From NCBI RefSeq assembly GCF_006345805.1, contig NC_043026.1:5022001-5086000 (forward strand): 64,000 nt of DNA, written 5' to 3'. The translations under genes were made by a program, and so were the position numbers. Below the pieces are notes generated by a model that was not told where the DNA came from, did not search any database, and worked only from the letters and a program-made list of their open reading frames with translations. Origin of the DNA: Octopus sinensis (Eukaryota). Positions 22,640 through 35,540 of the stretch are shown piece by piece; the first letter of the stretch is position 1, and every line of letters begins with the position of its first letter.

Positions 22640-24085
22640 TGGTCAGCATGGTCATCATTTGGTCTCAGATGGCTGAAGTGGGCCGCGAATTACTGGAACC
22701 TAGTAAAATGTGTGAGGCCTTTCAGCAGCGCTTTACCTGACTTTTCATGACAAGTGTTGAGCGAGAATGCAGGGTGGACTTTAGTGCCTCCCTGCGTTAG
22801 CCTACCACGACTCTCGGCAAGAGAGGCAGAGTGTTGCGAAGGTGCCATGACAGTAGTGGATATGCGGGACGCGAAGGCAGATTGGGCGAGGGACAAATCG
22901 CCAGGTTTGGATCATCTGCACTTCGATCTTTACAATTGTATGCCAGACTTGTTTGGAGGTGTCTTGGCAACAGTGTTTTGCAACTGGCAGCAAAACGGGA
23001 GTATAACCCAGTTTTGTGAGCCAAAGAGTTGTAACGCTGCTAAAGAAAGATCCAAACAAGAGGGGCATAGTAGGTAACTTTAGGCAGTTAGCCTGGCAGT
23101 GCTATCGAGAAGCACTACCCATTCGAGATAGGCTCTACAGGCATGGCTCAAGAAACACGGGGCCGAGATGCGGACAGAGCGACAAAACCTTTCTTCACGC
23201 ACTCGTACAGTGTCCAACCATTTCCAACCTGTGGGCCTATGTCGAATGACTGCTGTCACGTGTGGGACAAGTAGGATTATCAGCTGAGTCTATCGTCAAT
23301 AAACTTTTCTATTCTAGGCACAAGGTCTGAAATTTTGGAGGAGGGAGCCAGTTGATTACATCGACACCAGTACGCAATAGGTACTTAATTTATTGACCCC
23401 GAAAGGATGAATCGCAAAGTCAACCTTGGTGGAATTTGAACTCAGAATATAAAGACAGATGAAATACTGCTAAGCATTTTGCCCGGTGTGCTAACGTTTC
23501 TGGCAGCTAGCCATCTTAGAGTCTATTGTCACGCCTCCTTCCTTCAAACGGGAAGGAAGAGCCATTTTCATTTCACTTGTGGCTATGGCAAAAGAATGTA
23601 TATGGTTGGGACGTCTGAAAGGTCTGGAGACAAACACTTTCCCCTCTGGTCAATCTCTCATCAACCTCTTCAAGTATCACTTGAAGAGGAAGGTGAGTGT
23701 AGAGAGGGACGTTTTGTCTAGTGAATATTTCAAACAAAAATGGGTGAATGTAGCAAGGATGGCACGTGTGAATGACGGAGCCACGTTGAGCATAATCCTA
23801 CGAACCAGAAAAACAAAGGAGTAAAAGAGAGCCACTTACTGGAATGCGTTTTTGTTTTTGCCTGACATTATTGCCCGAGGTTACTGTGGTCTTTTCTGTA
23901 AGCTTTTCTTTCCACAGATAAAATTAATCTGTTTTCCCTTTTACATTTATGACATTTCTGTGATACACGATCACTATTGATCGGAACCTTATCTCCCCCC
24001 CCCCACTTCTTCCCCAAGAAGAAAAGCTCTGCATTGTATTTTGTCTCCTCTGTGTTCAGCCCTGTGTGGCTAATTAAGAAACATG
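22640..24085 (+). mobile_element. Internally deleted Tx1/L1-clade LINE fragment including the 3' UTR
   Basis: GRELLEPSKMCEAFQQ, DKSPGLD...YNCMPDLFG and AWQCYREALP..CPRCGQ-like segments match the 60-63 kb element; a SINE is inserted at 23310-23515. Confidence 0.85.
23310..23515 (-). mobile_element. SINE family B nested in the Tx1 fragment
   Basis: Same motifs as the 15.3-16.3 kb cluster. Confidence 0.8.
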
Positions 24086-25185
24086 TCTATATGTCTGTCT
24101 GTTTGTTTATTACCTGCTTTTTGGCTTAGAAGTTGGCATCCCAGTCATATGTACGCCTGTATGTATGCATGTCTCAGAATATGACGTCAAGAAATGCAGC
24201 ATTCCTGTGCACCAGTTTTGTATGGTGTGCATACAATGATTATAATTTAACTGTTATCAAATTTCTGGCTGCTTATTCAAAATGATGAAATGAAGAACAA
24301 CTTTCAAAAGAAACATATTTATTGCTTTAAAATAGATTCAAAGAAACAATATTGAAAATGTAAAAGAAAAACAGGAAAAAATTTAAATTCAAATCACTCC
24401 CCATGGAGATGGAATATATTCTGAAAGTTTAGACACTGCCACTCCTTTTCTCTTTCACACACACACACACACACACACATGGTGCTGGCATGGCTGTTTT
24501 CCTTACCAACCACCACCACCACCACCACACCACCACCACCACCACCACCACCACCACAGTTATCAACAAGCTGCCAAATAAAGGCCTACTTCTGAATCTG
24601 AATAATTTCCTGTAATATGAGTGAATAGAATTCTGAGAAAAACAGCTTCTATCCTTGGCCTAGATTTAAAACGCAATTCTTGGAAGTAAACGACAACCCG
24701 GATGGAATTCATGATTGTAGCTTGACCTGCACAAAACAGCAAGTAAATCACCCTCAAATCAAACACTACTCCTTATGTATAATTAATATATACATATATA
24801 TAAACGAACAAGTGAATGCTCTACATAGTAGCTAGACGTCCCTCAAGTTGTAAACTCTTATGTATGTATATATGAGCCAATAATGGAGTCCCGTATACGG
24901 TTGCTAGACCTTTTGGAAACAACAGCCAAATCTCTCAAATCAAACACTACTGTCTTATGTATATATCTTTGTATACTTAAGTAAGATGGCCCACCACATG
25001 CTAGCTGCACTTGTTAGAAATAACAGCTACCCCTCACTCAAATCACACCATACACTCTGATCATTGTATATGGGTATGAGCCAACAAGTGGGACCTCTGC
25101 ATTGTAACTAGTCCTGGCAGAAATAGCAGCCAAAACTCACTGAATCACAGCTGTCTATCTATCTATTTGTCTGTCTGTCTGTTTG

Positions 25186-25218
<33 letters not shown>

Positions 25219-25234
25219 GTATACATATACATAC

Positions 25235-25465
25235 ATTCTTTTATTCTTGTACATTTATTTATTCTTTTATTTGTTTCAGTTATATCACTGTGGCCCTGCT
25301 GGAGCACCACCTTCCTGGGTTTCTGTCAAACAAATCTTTGTAACTTTAGTACTTATTCTATCAATCTCTTTTGTCAAATCAAAGTCACAGGGACATAAAC
25401 AGACCAACATCGGTTGTCATACGATGGTGATGTGTGGTGTAGGGTAGACACACACAAATGAATAT

Positions 25466-25497
<32 letters not shown>

Positions 25498-25696
25498 GTA
25501 TATGTATATATACACATACATATAGATACACATACATACATATATGATGGGCTTCTTTCAGTTTCCATCTAGCAGATCAACTCACAAGGCTTTGGTTGGC
25601 TTAAGGGTCATTTAAAAGACACTTGCCTAAGGTGCCACACAGTAGGATTGAACCTGGGAACATGTGGTTGGGAAGCAAACTTCTTATGACTGAGCC
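25235..25696 (-). mobile_element. SINE family A (diverged)
   Basis: Tail, body and head motifs in reverse orientation. Confidence 0.75.
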
Positions 25697-26665
25697 TGGC
25701 CGATGCCAGTTTGCATTACTGGTACCTGTGTCGACTCGTTTCTTCCCGATTGTCTTCCCACACACATTCCTAAACGACACCAAGGTATACTCCAACATGT
25801 TGGTTCCATTCCTTCCTCTGCCGATTTTACTCGTTGTCTTGTTGTTTCTGTCAATTCTGGGGCACCAGTCTCAAGGATTTTATTTCAGAAAATCGACCCC
25901 AAACATATTCCCTCCGTCCCTTCTACTCAAACAACAAACTAAACCTAGGCACAAAGCTTTGGAAAGGAGACTTTATAAAAAAATATGTGATACATTCCTT
26001 TAACTGTTGTTTCTAGCTTCAACTTGTATTTAATTGTGCATTTGTAACTATTTTATAGACTTGCTGCTAGAAATAGCAGTCAAAACTCACTGAATCACAG
26101 CTGTCTATCTATCTATTTGTCTTATATGGTTTTCCAGTTTTGTATTAATTTATTTGGAATAATTAAATGGAAAATGAAGTCTAATTTAGAAAAGAAAACG
26201 AAATTCATGATGTATAAGAAGTAAATGAAAGCAAGGGCTGCTAGAAATAGCAGCCAAATCTACGTCGAAACAGCATCATACTGCCTCACGTAACTCCATC
26301 CATATTTATATATGAGCCAATAAAAATTGAAGCCAATGAAAATGATAGCTAGATTTGTTTGAAATAGCAGCCAAATGTCCCTCCAATCTGCTGTAGTTCT
26401 GAAATTAACTTCAGTCTATAAATTCTACACCTATTTGTCACGCAAAACAAGACAAATACAAAGGGTCCATTAAACTGAGACGTTTCCTATGCTAGAAACA
26501 ACAGCAAGACTTGAGCAAAAATATATGCGAAGAAGGATACAGAAAATACTGAGAGGGAGGCAGAAAGAAAAGACATTTAAATATAGAATGTTTCAATGCT
26601 TAATGGATGCCAGAGTTACTGCTAGAAATAGCAGCCAAATCTCACATCTGTCTGTTTATCTATCG

Positions 26666-26850
26666 AAGAGGTTCCCAACCTTTTTTATGCCCTGAACCCT
26701 TAAAAACCTTTAATATGTTCTCACACCCCTTAAAGTAATAGTTTATATAAGAATAAAGGTGCCCGGAGCAATTGCCGACTTTGACCCCATATAAATCCAG
26801 CCCTGCTCGCACCCCCAAGCGGTGTGTGCACCCCTGGGTGGGAAACCCTG
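26666..26850. mobile_element. hAT (Charlie-like) MITE
   Basis: Imperfect TIRs (A)AGAGGTTCCCAACC...GGGTGGGAAACCCTG; TSD not clear. Confidence 0.55.
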
Positions 26851-26865
26851 CATCTAAATATATTA

Positions 26866-27103
26866 CATTCTTTGTTTCTTTTACTTGTTTCAGTTATTTG
26901 ACTGCGGCCATGCTGGAGCACTGCCTTAAAGGGTTTTAGTCAAACAAATCGACCCCAGGATTTATTCTTCGTAAGCCTAGGACTTATTCTATCAGTCTCT
27001 TTTGCCAAACTAACTTAAAGGGTTGTAAATAGACCAACATAGGTTGTCAAGTGATGGTTATTTGGGGTGGGGTTCAGATCTATACACACATGAATATATA
27101 TAT

Positions 27104-27134
<31 letters not shown>

Positions 27135-27371
27135 ATATACACTCACACATATATATATATATCTATTGTACTATAGGCACGAGGCCTGAAAGTTTGGCGG
27201 CGGGGGGTGTCAAGTTGATAAGATCGACTCCAATGTTTCACCGGTACTTCATTTATTGACCCTGAAAGGTTGAAAGGCAAAGTTGACGCTGACGAAATTT
27301 GAACTCAGAATATAGTGACAGGTGAAACACCGCTAAGTACTTTGTCCGGTGCACTAACAATTCTGCCAGCT

Positions 27372-27461
<90 letters not shown>

Positions 27462-27462
27462 C

Positions 27463-27520
<58 letters not shown>

Positions 27521-27698
27521 TGTATGTGTATAAATATACGATGGGCTTCTTTTAGTTTCCGCCAACCAAATTCTACCCACAAGGCTTTGGTTGGCCAGAT
27601 GCTGTAGTAGAAGACACTTGTCCAAGTTGTCATACAGTGGGACTGAACCCCCGAGTGTGTGGTTGGGAAACAAGCTTCTTACCACACAGCCACACCTG
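26866..27698 (-). mobile_element. SINE family A with a SINE family B (27165-27375) inserted in its internal microsatellite
   Basis: A-family 3' half at 26866-27070 and 5' half at 27520-27698 flank the B copy. Confidence 0.75.
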
Positions 27699-28919
27699 TA
27701 TGTGAATGCATGTTGTATAGTTAGATGGAGGGAGATATATAATATATAAGTACAAATGTATATACATAGATATCAATCCATTCGTTTGTTCCCAGTCGTC
27801 TTCCCTCACACACTCCTAAACGATGCAAAGATATTCTCCTAAATGTGGCTTCCATTCCTTCCTCTGCCGAATACATCCATACCCTTGTTGCTTATGCTGA
27901 TTTAGGGGCACCAGTCTCACATATTTTATTTCAGAAAACCGACCCCCATCCCCTATACATATTCACTCAGTCTCTTGTACTGAAGCACAAACTTTACGTA
28001 GACACACGTTTTTGGAAAGGAAACTGTGTAAAAAGAAACATGAAATACTTCTATATAGCTGCTGTTTCTAGCATATGTAAGTGTGTGTTTGTAACTAGTT
28101 TTGGTTGTTGTATTAATTTCACTGTAATACTTAAATGCAAATTAAAGTTTAATTTAATGAGAAAATTAAATTAATCATGTGTAAAATACAAACGAATGCC
28201 AGAGCTGCTAGATATAGCAGCCAAATCTACGTTGAAACAACATCATACCGTCTCTTCTAACTCCATACATATTTATATATTAGCTGATGAAAGCTGAAGT
28301 GTACATGATAGCTAGAGTTGTTTGAAATAGCAGCTAAATGCCCCTCCAATCTGCTGTTCTTCTGAAATTAATTGCAGTTTATAAATTGTACACCTATTTG
28401 TCACACAACACAAATCCAATACAACAGGTCCATGAAACTGCAACATTTCATATGCTAGAAACAACAGCAAGAGTTTAGCAAAAATATATGCAAAGACGGA
28501 CACAGAAAACGAGAGAAGGATGAAGAAAAAACAAGATCTAAATATATAACGTATCAATGCTTAATGTACAGTAGACCTGCTGCAAGAAATAACAGCCAAA
28601 TCTCACAGCCATCCATCCATCCATTTGTCTGTTACTCTCTTTTCTTCTCAGAATTTGGGAGCAGAAATTTTTCTTGTAATCTTCACCCACATCGACATTC
28701 AGTCCCAGGGCACCCATGGAGATTTCCGCTTTCTACCATACACATATGTGATCATTTTTTGTCTAAAGAAAACAAGGCCTGGAATTCTAGTAGAGGCAAC
28801 TAATTGATTCCAACGACCCTGCGTGTGAACGATTCTGTCACCTCATCGGCTTATACACACACACACACACATACTATAACAGATCTATCTACCCCTCTCT
28901 CTCTAATCCACTTTTTACT

Positions 28920-29110
28920 ATTAGCACAAGGCCTGCAATTACTGTGGGCAACTAATCAATTACTTCATCCTTAGTATTTGACTGGTACTTAATTTATTGA
29001 CCCTGGAACGATGAAATGGATAAATCGACTGAGGCAGAACTTGAACTCACAACATGAAGCTATACAAAATGCGATTAAGCATTTCCTCCAGCATGGCAAC
29101 GATTCTACCA
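28920..29110 (-). mobile_element. SINE family B (diverged)
   Basis: CAAGGCCTG..ATT...GGTACTTAATTTATTGACCC...TTGAACTCA motifs. Confidence 0.65.
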
Positions 29111-29901
29111 ATTTCCCCACTGATACACACACACACACACGCACCATAGCAACAATAATATATATCAATATAGTTGTACTAATACATCTCCTTCTAGAAA
29201 TAGCAGTCAAATCTCCTGAAATCACACATCATACTGTGTAATATCTGAGGGGATTATCTGCAATGAAAGTAGGCTCGTTGGAATTACCAATTAATTACAG
29301 CGTACTCTCTTATGTGTGTCTAATGAGGCCATGCAGGACCCCTATCTGGTGACTAGACCACTTTCGGTAAATGTCGATTTAACCCGTACCCTTAAAATTT
29401 CTGGCATGGATGAGGAACTATAATTCTTTTTGAGGTCTGGGAGTCACTTCTTGTATATCTGTGAATATAGTTGTATCGATATTTTCTCTTGCAGAAATAG
29501 CAGTCAAATCCCTTTAAATCACACATTATACTGTGTAATGCCTGAAGGAAATATTTGCATTGTGACTCAGTTTGTTAGAAATAGAGAGAGAGAGAGAGAG
29601 GATGAGCGAGTGAAAAAGAAGGAGCTATATGGAGGGATCGATGGAATAAATACAAGGCTTAACACAAAGATGTACTGGGTTCAATTCTTCGACTAGAAAT
29701 TCTTCAAGGTGTTGCTCCAGCATGGCCACAGTCTAATGTCTGAAACACGTTAAAGATAAAAGATACACACAGACACAGGCATACTTTTATGCATTTGTTT
29801 TTCCGGATTCTTCATGTGAAGTTGCGTGTTGAAAGAGACATTGTTGTATTTCATGATGGTCATGTCCTTTCTTTCATTACATAATAAATATATATATATA
29901 T

Positions 29902-29941
<40 letters not shown>

Positions 29942-29942
29942 T

Positions 29943-29977
<35 letters not shown>

Positions 29978-29983
29978 GCGTTA

Positions 29984-30019
<36 letters not shown>

Positions 30020-30541
30020 TTTGTAAAATCTCAGGAAGTAAAGTGAGTCAGCACATCAAAGTGGCTGCTGAAGGTTACTACTAGTTTAACCCCAGGCAGA
30101 TTCTCCACCAGCGGGTTATCGCTGCTACACTGCACCCTTTATATACAATATCTTGTTAGCAGTGGTGGGGAGGTGGGGTGTCGTACCTCGGTAAACTTTC
30201 AGATTAACACCCGCACGATTTTCGCCAAGAAAGAAAAAAACTCAGAATTTTTTTTGCATGGAATGAAGTACCCTGACCTCCAAATATGCTGCAAATCACT
30301 TATTATGGTTCAGAAGAAAAGGGTGCCACGACGGGGACGCACTCCCACCCCATTCCCAAATCATTGGAAATTATTATTTTTGGTTTTTGTTGGATGCTAC
30401 AAAACCCTTTTTGGGTCTGCAAAACGGGGTGGGGTGAGGCGGAAGCCTTGGAAATTGTACCCACTCCCAACATTTTACAGAAATAAATTTTCCAGAGTGT
30501 GAATTACATGGTTCGTTATTAAATATATATATATATATACA

Positions 30542-31235
30542 TCTCTTTTATAAAATCCGTTCTGTCTGTCTGTGTGTCTTCTAGGATCTCAGGCATCCTC
30601 CATCCGATTGCACTCAAATTTGATATGTAGATACCAATGGTATCAGGGCATGTATAAGTCTTTAAAAATTACAAAAATCGATTCCAGGTGAGAATGCGAT
30701 TGGCAAAGCCATGGGAACGTGCATTTGTACGCACAAGTACATCAGATGTTGCAATCGATACTACGCATACGCGAGAAAATTGCACGTGCAGTTTGCGCAA
30801 AAAAGCCGGCTGGCTTGAAATAATGCCACAAAATGCAGTATATTTAAGAGACCAAAAAAGTAAGATGCAAAAGAGATATTTTCTCCAAACTTGGCATGAA
30901 GGAAGGAAAAACTATTTTGTTTCTGAAGAAGTCTTTTCTTTTTTTTTTGCCTTAATTTCGTTTAACAAAACCAAAAATTTTATTGAAATAAAGGCATGCT
31001 TAATTATTTTTTAATGAAAAGAAAACACAGATTGCTTTTTATTCAAGGAAGAAAATATTATTTTCTTGTTAATAAATGATTTTCCATGTTTGTGTTCTCC
31101 CAGTCTACAGACTTATCATTTCTAGTACTTTAAACTCTTCGGTTGCATATTTGTGTGAATAAAATCGTTTTTCTTTGGAATAGAAAAAAAGTCTATCTTT
31201 ATTTCTTCTTTTGCTGGTGTCTCAAATTTAGGTTA
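30542..31235 (+). mobile_element. Non-autonomous Helitron-like element, 5' part
   Basis: A|TCTCTTTTTATAAAA..CTGTCTGTCTG start typical of Helitron-N elements; no CTAG end seen. Confidence 0.45.
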
Positions 31236-31238
31236 AAT

Positions 31239-31345
31239 CAGTGCTTCTCAAAGGGGTGGCCTATGGGACTGTCGGACAAGTTGTTTTGAGAAAATTTGCT
31301 TTAAATGTTTGACAACTCAGCACCGTCCATTGGACGGGGAGGGGG
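31239..31345 (+). mobile_element. hAT-like terminal fragment
   Basis: CAGTGCTTCTCAAA terminus. Confidence 0.35.
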
Positions 31346-31454
31346 GGCGTTTTGCTCGTATATACATGTGTGTGTGTGTATATATATATGTGTGTGTGTG
31401 TGTATGCATATATGTGTGTATGTGTGTGTGTGAGTGTGTGTATACATATATATA

Positions 31455-31490
<36 letters not shown>

Positions 31491-31493
<3 letters not shown>

Positions 31494-34400
31494 TCATCAT
31501 CATCATCATTTAACGTCCGCTTTCCATGCTAGCATGGGTTGGACGGTTCAACTGGGGTCTGGGGAGCCCGAAAGCTGCACCAGTCCAGTCAGATCTGGCA
31601 GTGTTTCTACAGCTGGATGCCCTTCCTAACGCCAACCACTCCGAGAGTGTAGTGGGTGATTTTATGTGCCACCGACACAGGTGCCAGACGAGGCTGGCAA
31701 ACGGCCACGCTCGGATGGTGTTTTTTATGTGCCACCGACACAGGTGCCAGACGAGGCTGGCAGACGGCCACGCTCGGATGGTGTTTTTTATGTGCCACCG
31801 ACACAGGTGCCAGACGAGGCTGGCAGACGGCCACGCTCGGATGGTGTTTTTATGTGCCACCGACACAGGTGCCAGACAAGGCTGGCAGACGGCCACGCTC
31901 GGATGGTGTTTTTATGTGCCACCGACACAGGTGCCAGATGAGGCTGGCAAACGGCCACGATCGGATGGTGCTTGTTACGTGCCACAGCACGGAGGCCAGT
32001 CGATGCGGTACTGGCTACGGCCACGTTCGGATGGCTTTCTTATGTGCCACGTGCCACCGGCACTGGTACCACAAAGATACAAATTCCATTGATGTTCATC
32101 TATTTTGATTTGTTTTGATTTTCACTTGTCTCAACAGGTCTTCACAAGTGTCACAAGAAGGAAGGTATGCACAGGTGGACTGACTACGTCCCAGGTAGGG
32201 GCCATGGGTTATGGCCTCACTAGTCTTGCCGGGTCTTCGGATGGTGTTTTTATGTGCCACCGACATAGGTGCTAGATGAGGCTGGCGAACGGCCACGATC
32301 GGATGGTGTTTGTCATGTGCCCACCGCACTGACTACGGCACTGATGGATTTCTTATGTGCCACAGGCACTGGTACCACAAGATACAAATTCCATTGATGT
32401 TCATCTATTTTGTCTATTTTGATTTGATTTGATTTGATTTTCACTTGCCTCAACCGGTCTTCACAAGTGTCACAAGAAGGAAGGTATGCACAGGTGGACT
32501 GACTAGTCTTGCCGGGTCTTCGGAAGGTGTTTTTATGTGCCACCGACACAGGTGCCAGATGAGGCTGGCGAACGGCCATGATCGGATGGTGTTTGTTACG
32601 TGCCCACAGCACGGAGGCCGGTCGATGCGGAACTGGCTACGGCCACGTTCGGATGGTTCTCTTGTGTGCCACCGGCACTGGTACCACAAAGTGTGTGCCA
32701 CCGGTACCACAAAGATACAGATTCCATTGATGTTCATCTATTTTGATTTGTTTTGATTTGATTTTCACTTGCCTCAACAGGTCTTCACAAGTGTCACAAG
32801 AAGGAAGGTATGCACAGGTGGACTGACTACGTCCCAGGTAGGGGCCATGGGTTATGGCCTGACTAGTCTTGCCGGGTCTTCGGATGGTGTTTTTATGTGC
32901 CACCGACACAGGTGCTAGATGAGGCTGGCGAACGGCCATGATCGGATGGTGTTTGTCATGTGCCCACAGCACGGAGGCCAGTCGATGCGGTACTGGCTAC
33001 GGCCACTTTCGGATGGTTTTCTCTTGTGTGCCACCGGCACTGGTACCACAAAGATACAAATTCCATTGGTGTTCATCTATTTTGATTTGTTTTGATTTAA
33101 TTTTGATTTTGATTTTGATTTTCACTTGCCTCAACAGGCCTTCACAAGTATCACAAGGAGGAAGGTATGGCCTGACTAGTCCTGCCGGGTCCTCTCATGC
33201 ACAGCACACTTCCATAGGACTCGGTCTTCAGTCATTTCCTTGGTGAGACCTAAAGTTCGAAGGTCGTGCTTCACCACCTCGTCCCAGGTTTTCCTGGGTC
33301 TACCTCTTCCACATGTTCCCTCAACTGCTAGGGTGTAGCACTTTTGCACACAACTATCTTCAGCCATTCTCGTCACATGACCATACCAGCGCAGCCGTCT
33401 CTCTTGCACACCACAACTGACACTTCTTAGGTTCAACTTTTCTCTCAAAGTACTTACACTCTGACGATTATGAACACTGACATTACACATCCATCGGAGC
33501 ATACTGGCTTCATTTCTTGCAAGCTTACGCATATCCTCAGCTGTCACGGCCCATGTTTCACTACCATGTAGCATGGCTGTACGTACACACGCATCATATA
33601 GTCTGCCTTTTACTCTTAGCGAGAGGCCTTTTGTCACCAGCAGGGGTAAGAGCTCTCTAAACTTTGCCCAGGCTATTCTTACTCTAGCAGTTACACTTTC
33701 AGCACACCCACCCCCGCTACTGACTTGGTCTCCTAGGTAGCGGAAGCTATCAACTACTTCTAGTTTGTCTCCCTGGAACGTGGTAGAAGTTGGTCTCTGC
33801 ACATTTCCAGTGTTTATTTCTCCTGAGCATCTGCCACAGACAAAAACTATTTTCTTAGTTAGCCTTCCTTTGACATTGCTGCACCTCTTATGTGTCCATA
33901 GCTTACACTTGGTGCACCTTATAGAGTTTCTACCTACACCTTTTTTACAGATCGAGCAGGGCCATCTACCTGAAGTCGTTTGTGGTTGGTCCACCTTCCT
34001 ACTTATTAGGACTTTGGTTTTGGCTAGGTTGATTCTAAGGCCCTTCGATTCTAATCCTTGTTTCCACACCTGAAACTTCTCCTCCAGTTCTGATAGTGAC
34101 TCAGCAATTAGAGCAAGGTCATCAGCATATAGGAGCTCCCAGGGGCATCCTGTCTTAAATTCTTCCGTTATTGCCTGGAGGACTATGATAAATAGGAGGG
34201 GGCTGAGGACTGAACGTTGGTGGACCCCAACCTCTACCCGGAATTCTTCACTGTACTCGTTGCCAACCCTCACCTTACTAGCTGCGTCTCTGTACATGGC
34301 TCGCACAGCTCTCACTAACCTTCATCTATCCCTAGTTTCCTCATTGACCACCAGATAAGGGATCGGGGGACCCTGTCAAAGGCTTTCTCTAAGTCAACAA

Positions 34401-35030
34401 AAGCCAGGTACAAGGGCTTACCTTTGGCTAGGTATTTCTCCTGCAGCTGTCTTACAAGGAATATAGCATCAGTAGTACTTTTCCCTGGCACGAACCCAAA
34501 CTGCATATCATCTAAGCTAACTCTCTCTCTAATTAACTGGGCTATAACCCTCTCCGTAACCTTCATTACCTGATCCAACAGCTTGATGCCCCTGTAGTTA
34601 TTTGTATCTAGGGCATCGCCTTTACCTTGTAGCAGTTGACTATTATGCTGCTACACCAGTCATTGGGTATGACTCCTTCGTGTATCACCTGGTTAACTAT
34701 ACGGGTGACTATGCTATAGCCGACACTACCAGATATTTTGAGCATCTCTGCAGTAATTCCTGATGGGCCTGGGGCTTTCCCTGTCTTCATGCTTCTAATT
34801 GCCTTAGCTACCACGGAACTATCAACTCGGATAGCTGGTCCCTCTGTTGGGTCAACATTCGGCAGACTCTCTTTATCCCATTCATTTTCCTCATTCAGCA
34901 ACCTTTCATAGTGGCGTCTCCAAGCTTCTCTCTTTGCATCCTCATTTAGCGCAAGTGAACCATCCTCCATGCGAACACATTTCTCTCCTACCACATCTCG
35001 ATTCTCTCTCACACACTGTCTTGCAACACG
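31491..35030 (-). mobile_element. 5'-truncated RTE-clade LINE (copy A): RT, PHD-like finger and an amplified 3' UTR
   Basis: ORFs 34608-35012, 34315-34578 and 33176-34315 join through two 1-nt deletions. Motifs KAPGPSG, QFGFVPGKSTTDAIF, FVDLEKAFD, LLYADD, FRYLG. 3' UTR at 31491-33175 with a (GAT)n tail; both ends in (TA)n. Confidence 0.95.
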
Positions 35031-35234
35031 ATATATATATATTTTTTAATAATTTGTTACATATTTAAATAATATAAATTAATCTTATGTATTGGCTTAA
35101 GTCTTTCATTGTTTGATTTGCCTAATAGTGGTTTTGTCTCTAATTTAATATAATATAATATTTTACTATAAAATTGGATTCAATCCTAAATCTGATTTTT
35201 CCCTGTAAGTTTGGATTTATTCCCTAATATTTAT

Positions 35235-35311
<77 letters not shown>

Positions 35312-35540
35312 ATATATATATTCATATATATATTCCTGCATATATATACATGTGTATATATATGCATATATATCTATTCATACATATATATGCATATATA
35401 TACATGTAATATATATATATATATACATGCATATACTCACACACACATATATATATATATTCAGATATATATGTATGTATATATATATATATGTATGTAT
35501 GTATATATTCATACATATACTCACACACACACACACATAC

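Larger units (their letters stand above)
24690..29530 (+). repeat. Dispersed, degenerate array of a conserved core (GCTAGAAATAGCAGCCAAATCT..C..AAATCACAC) with divergent spacers
   Basis: Cores at about 24915, 25013, 25117, 26066, 26240, 26357, 26491, 26621, 28207, 28320, 28454, 28582, 29193 and 29491. Confidence 0.75.

Noticed and set aside
31661-31975. CRISPR array or hammerhead in the 62-bp units (CCAGATGAGGCTGGCGAAC)
   Set aside because: Units are nearly identical with no unique spacers and no cas genes; the hammerhead core is wrong (CAGA rather than CUGA, GAAC, no stem II).
31510-33246. Many overlapping repetitive ORFs (CHRHRCQTRL... etc.)
   Set aside because: By-products of the GC-rich RTE 3' UTR tandem units; open in several frames on both strands.
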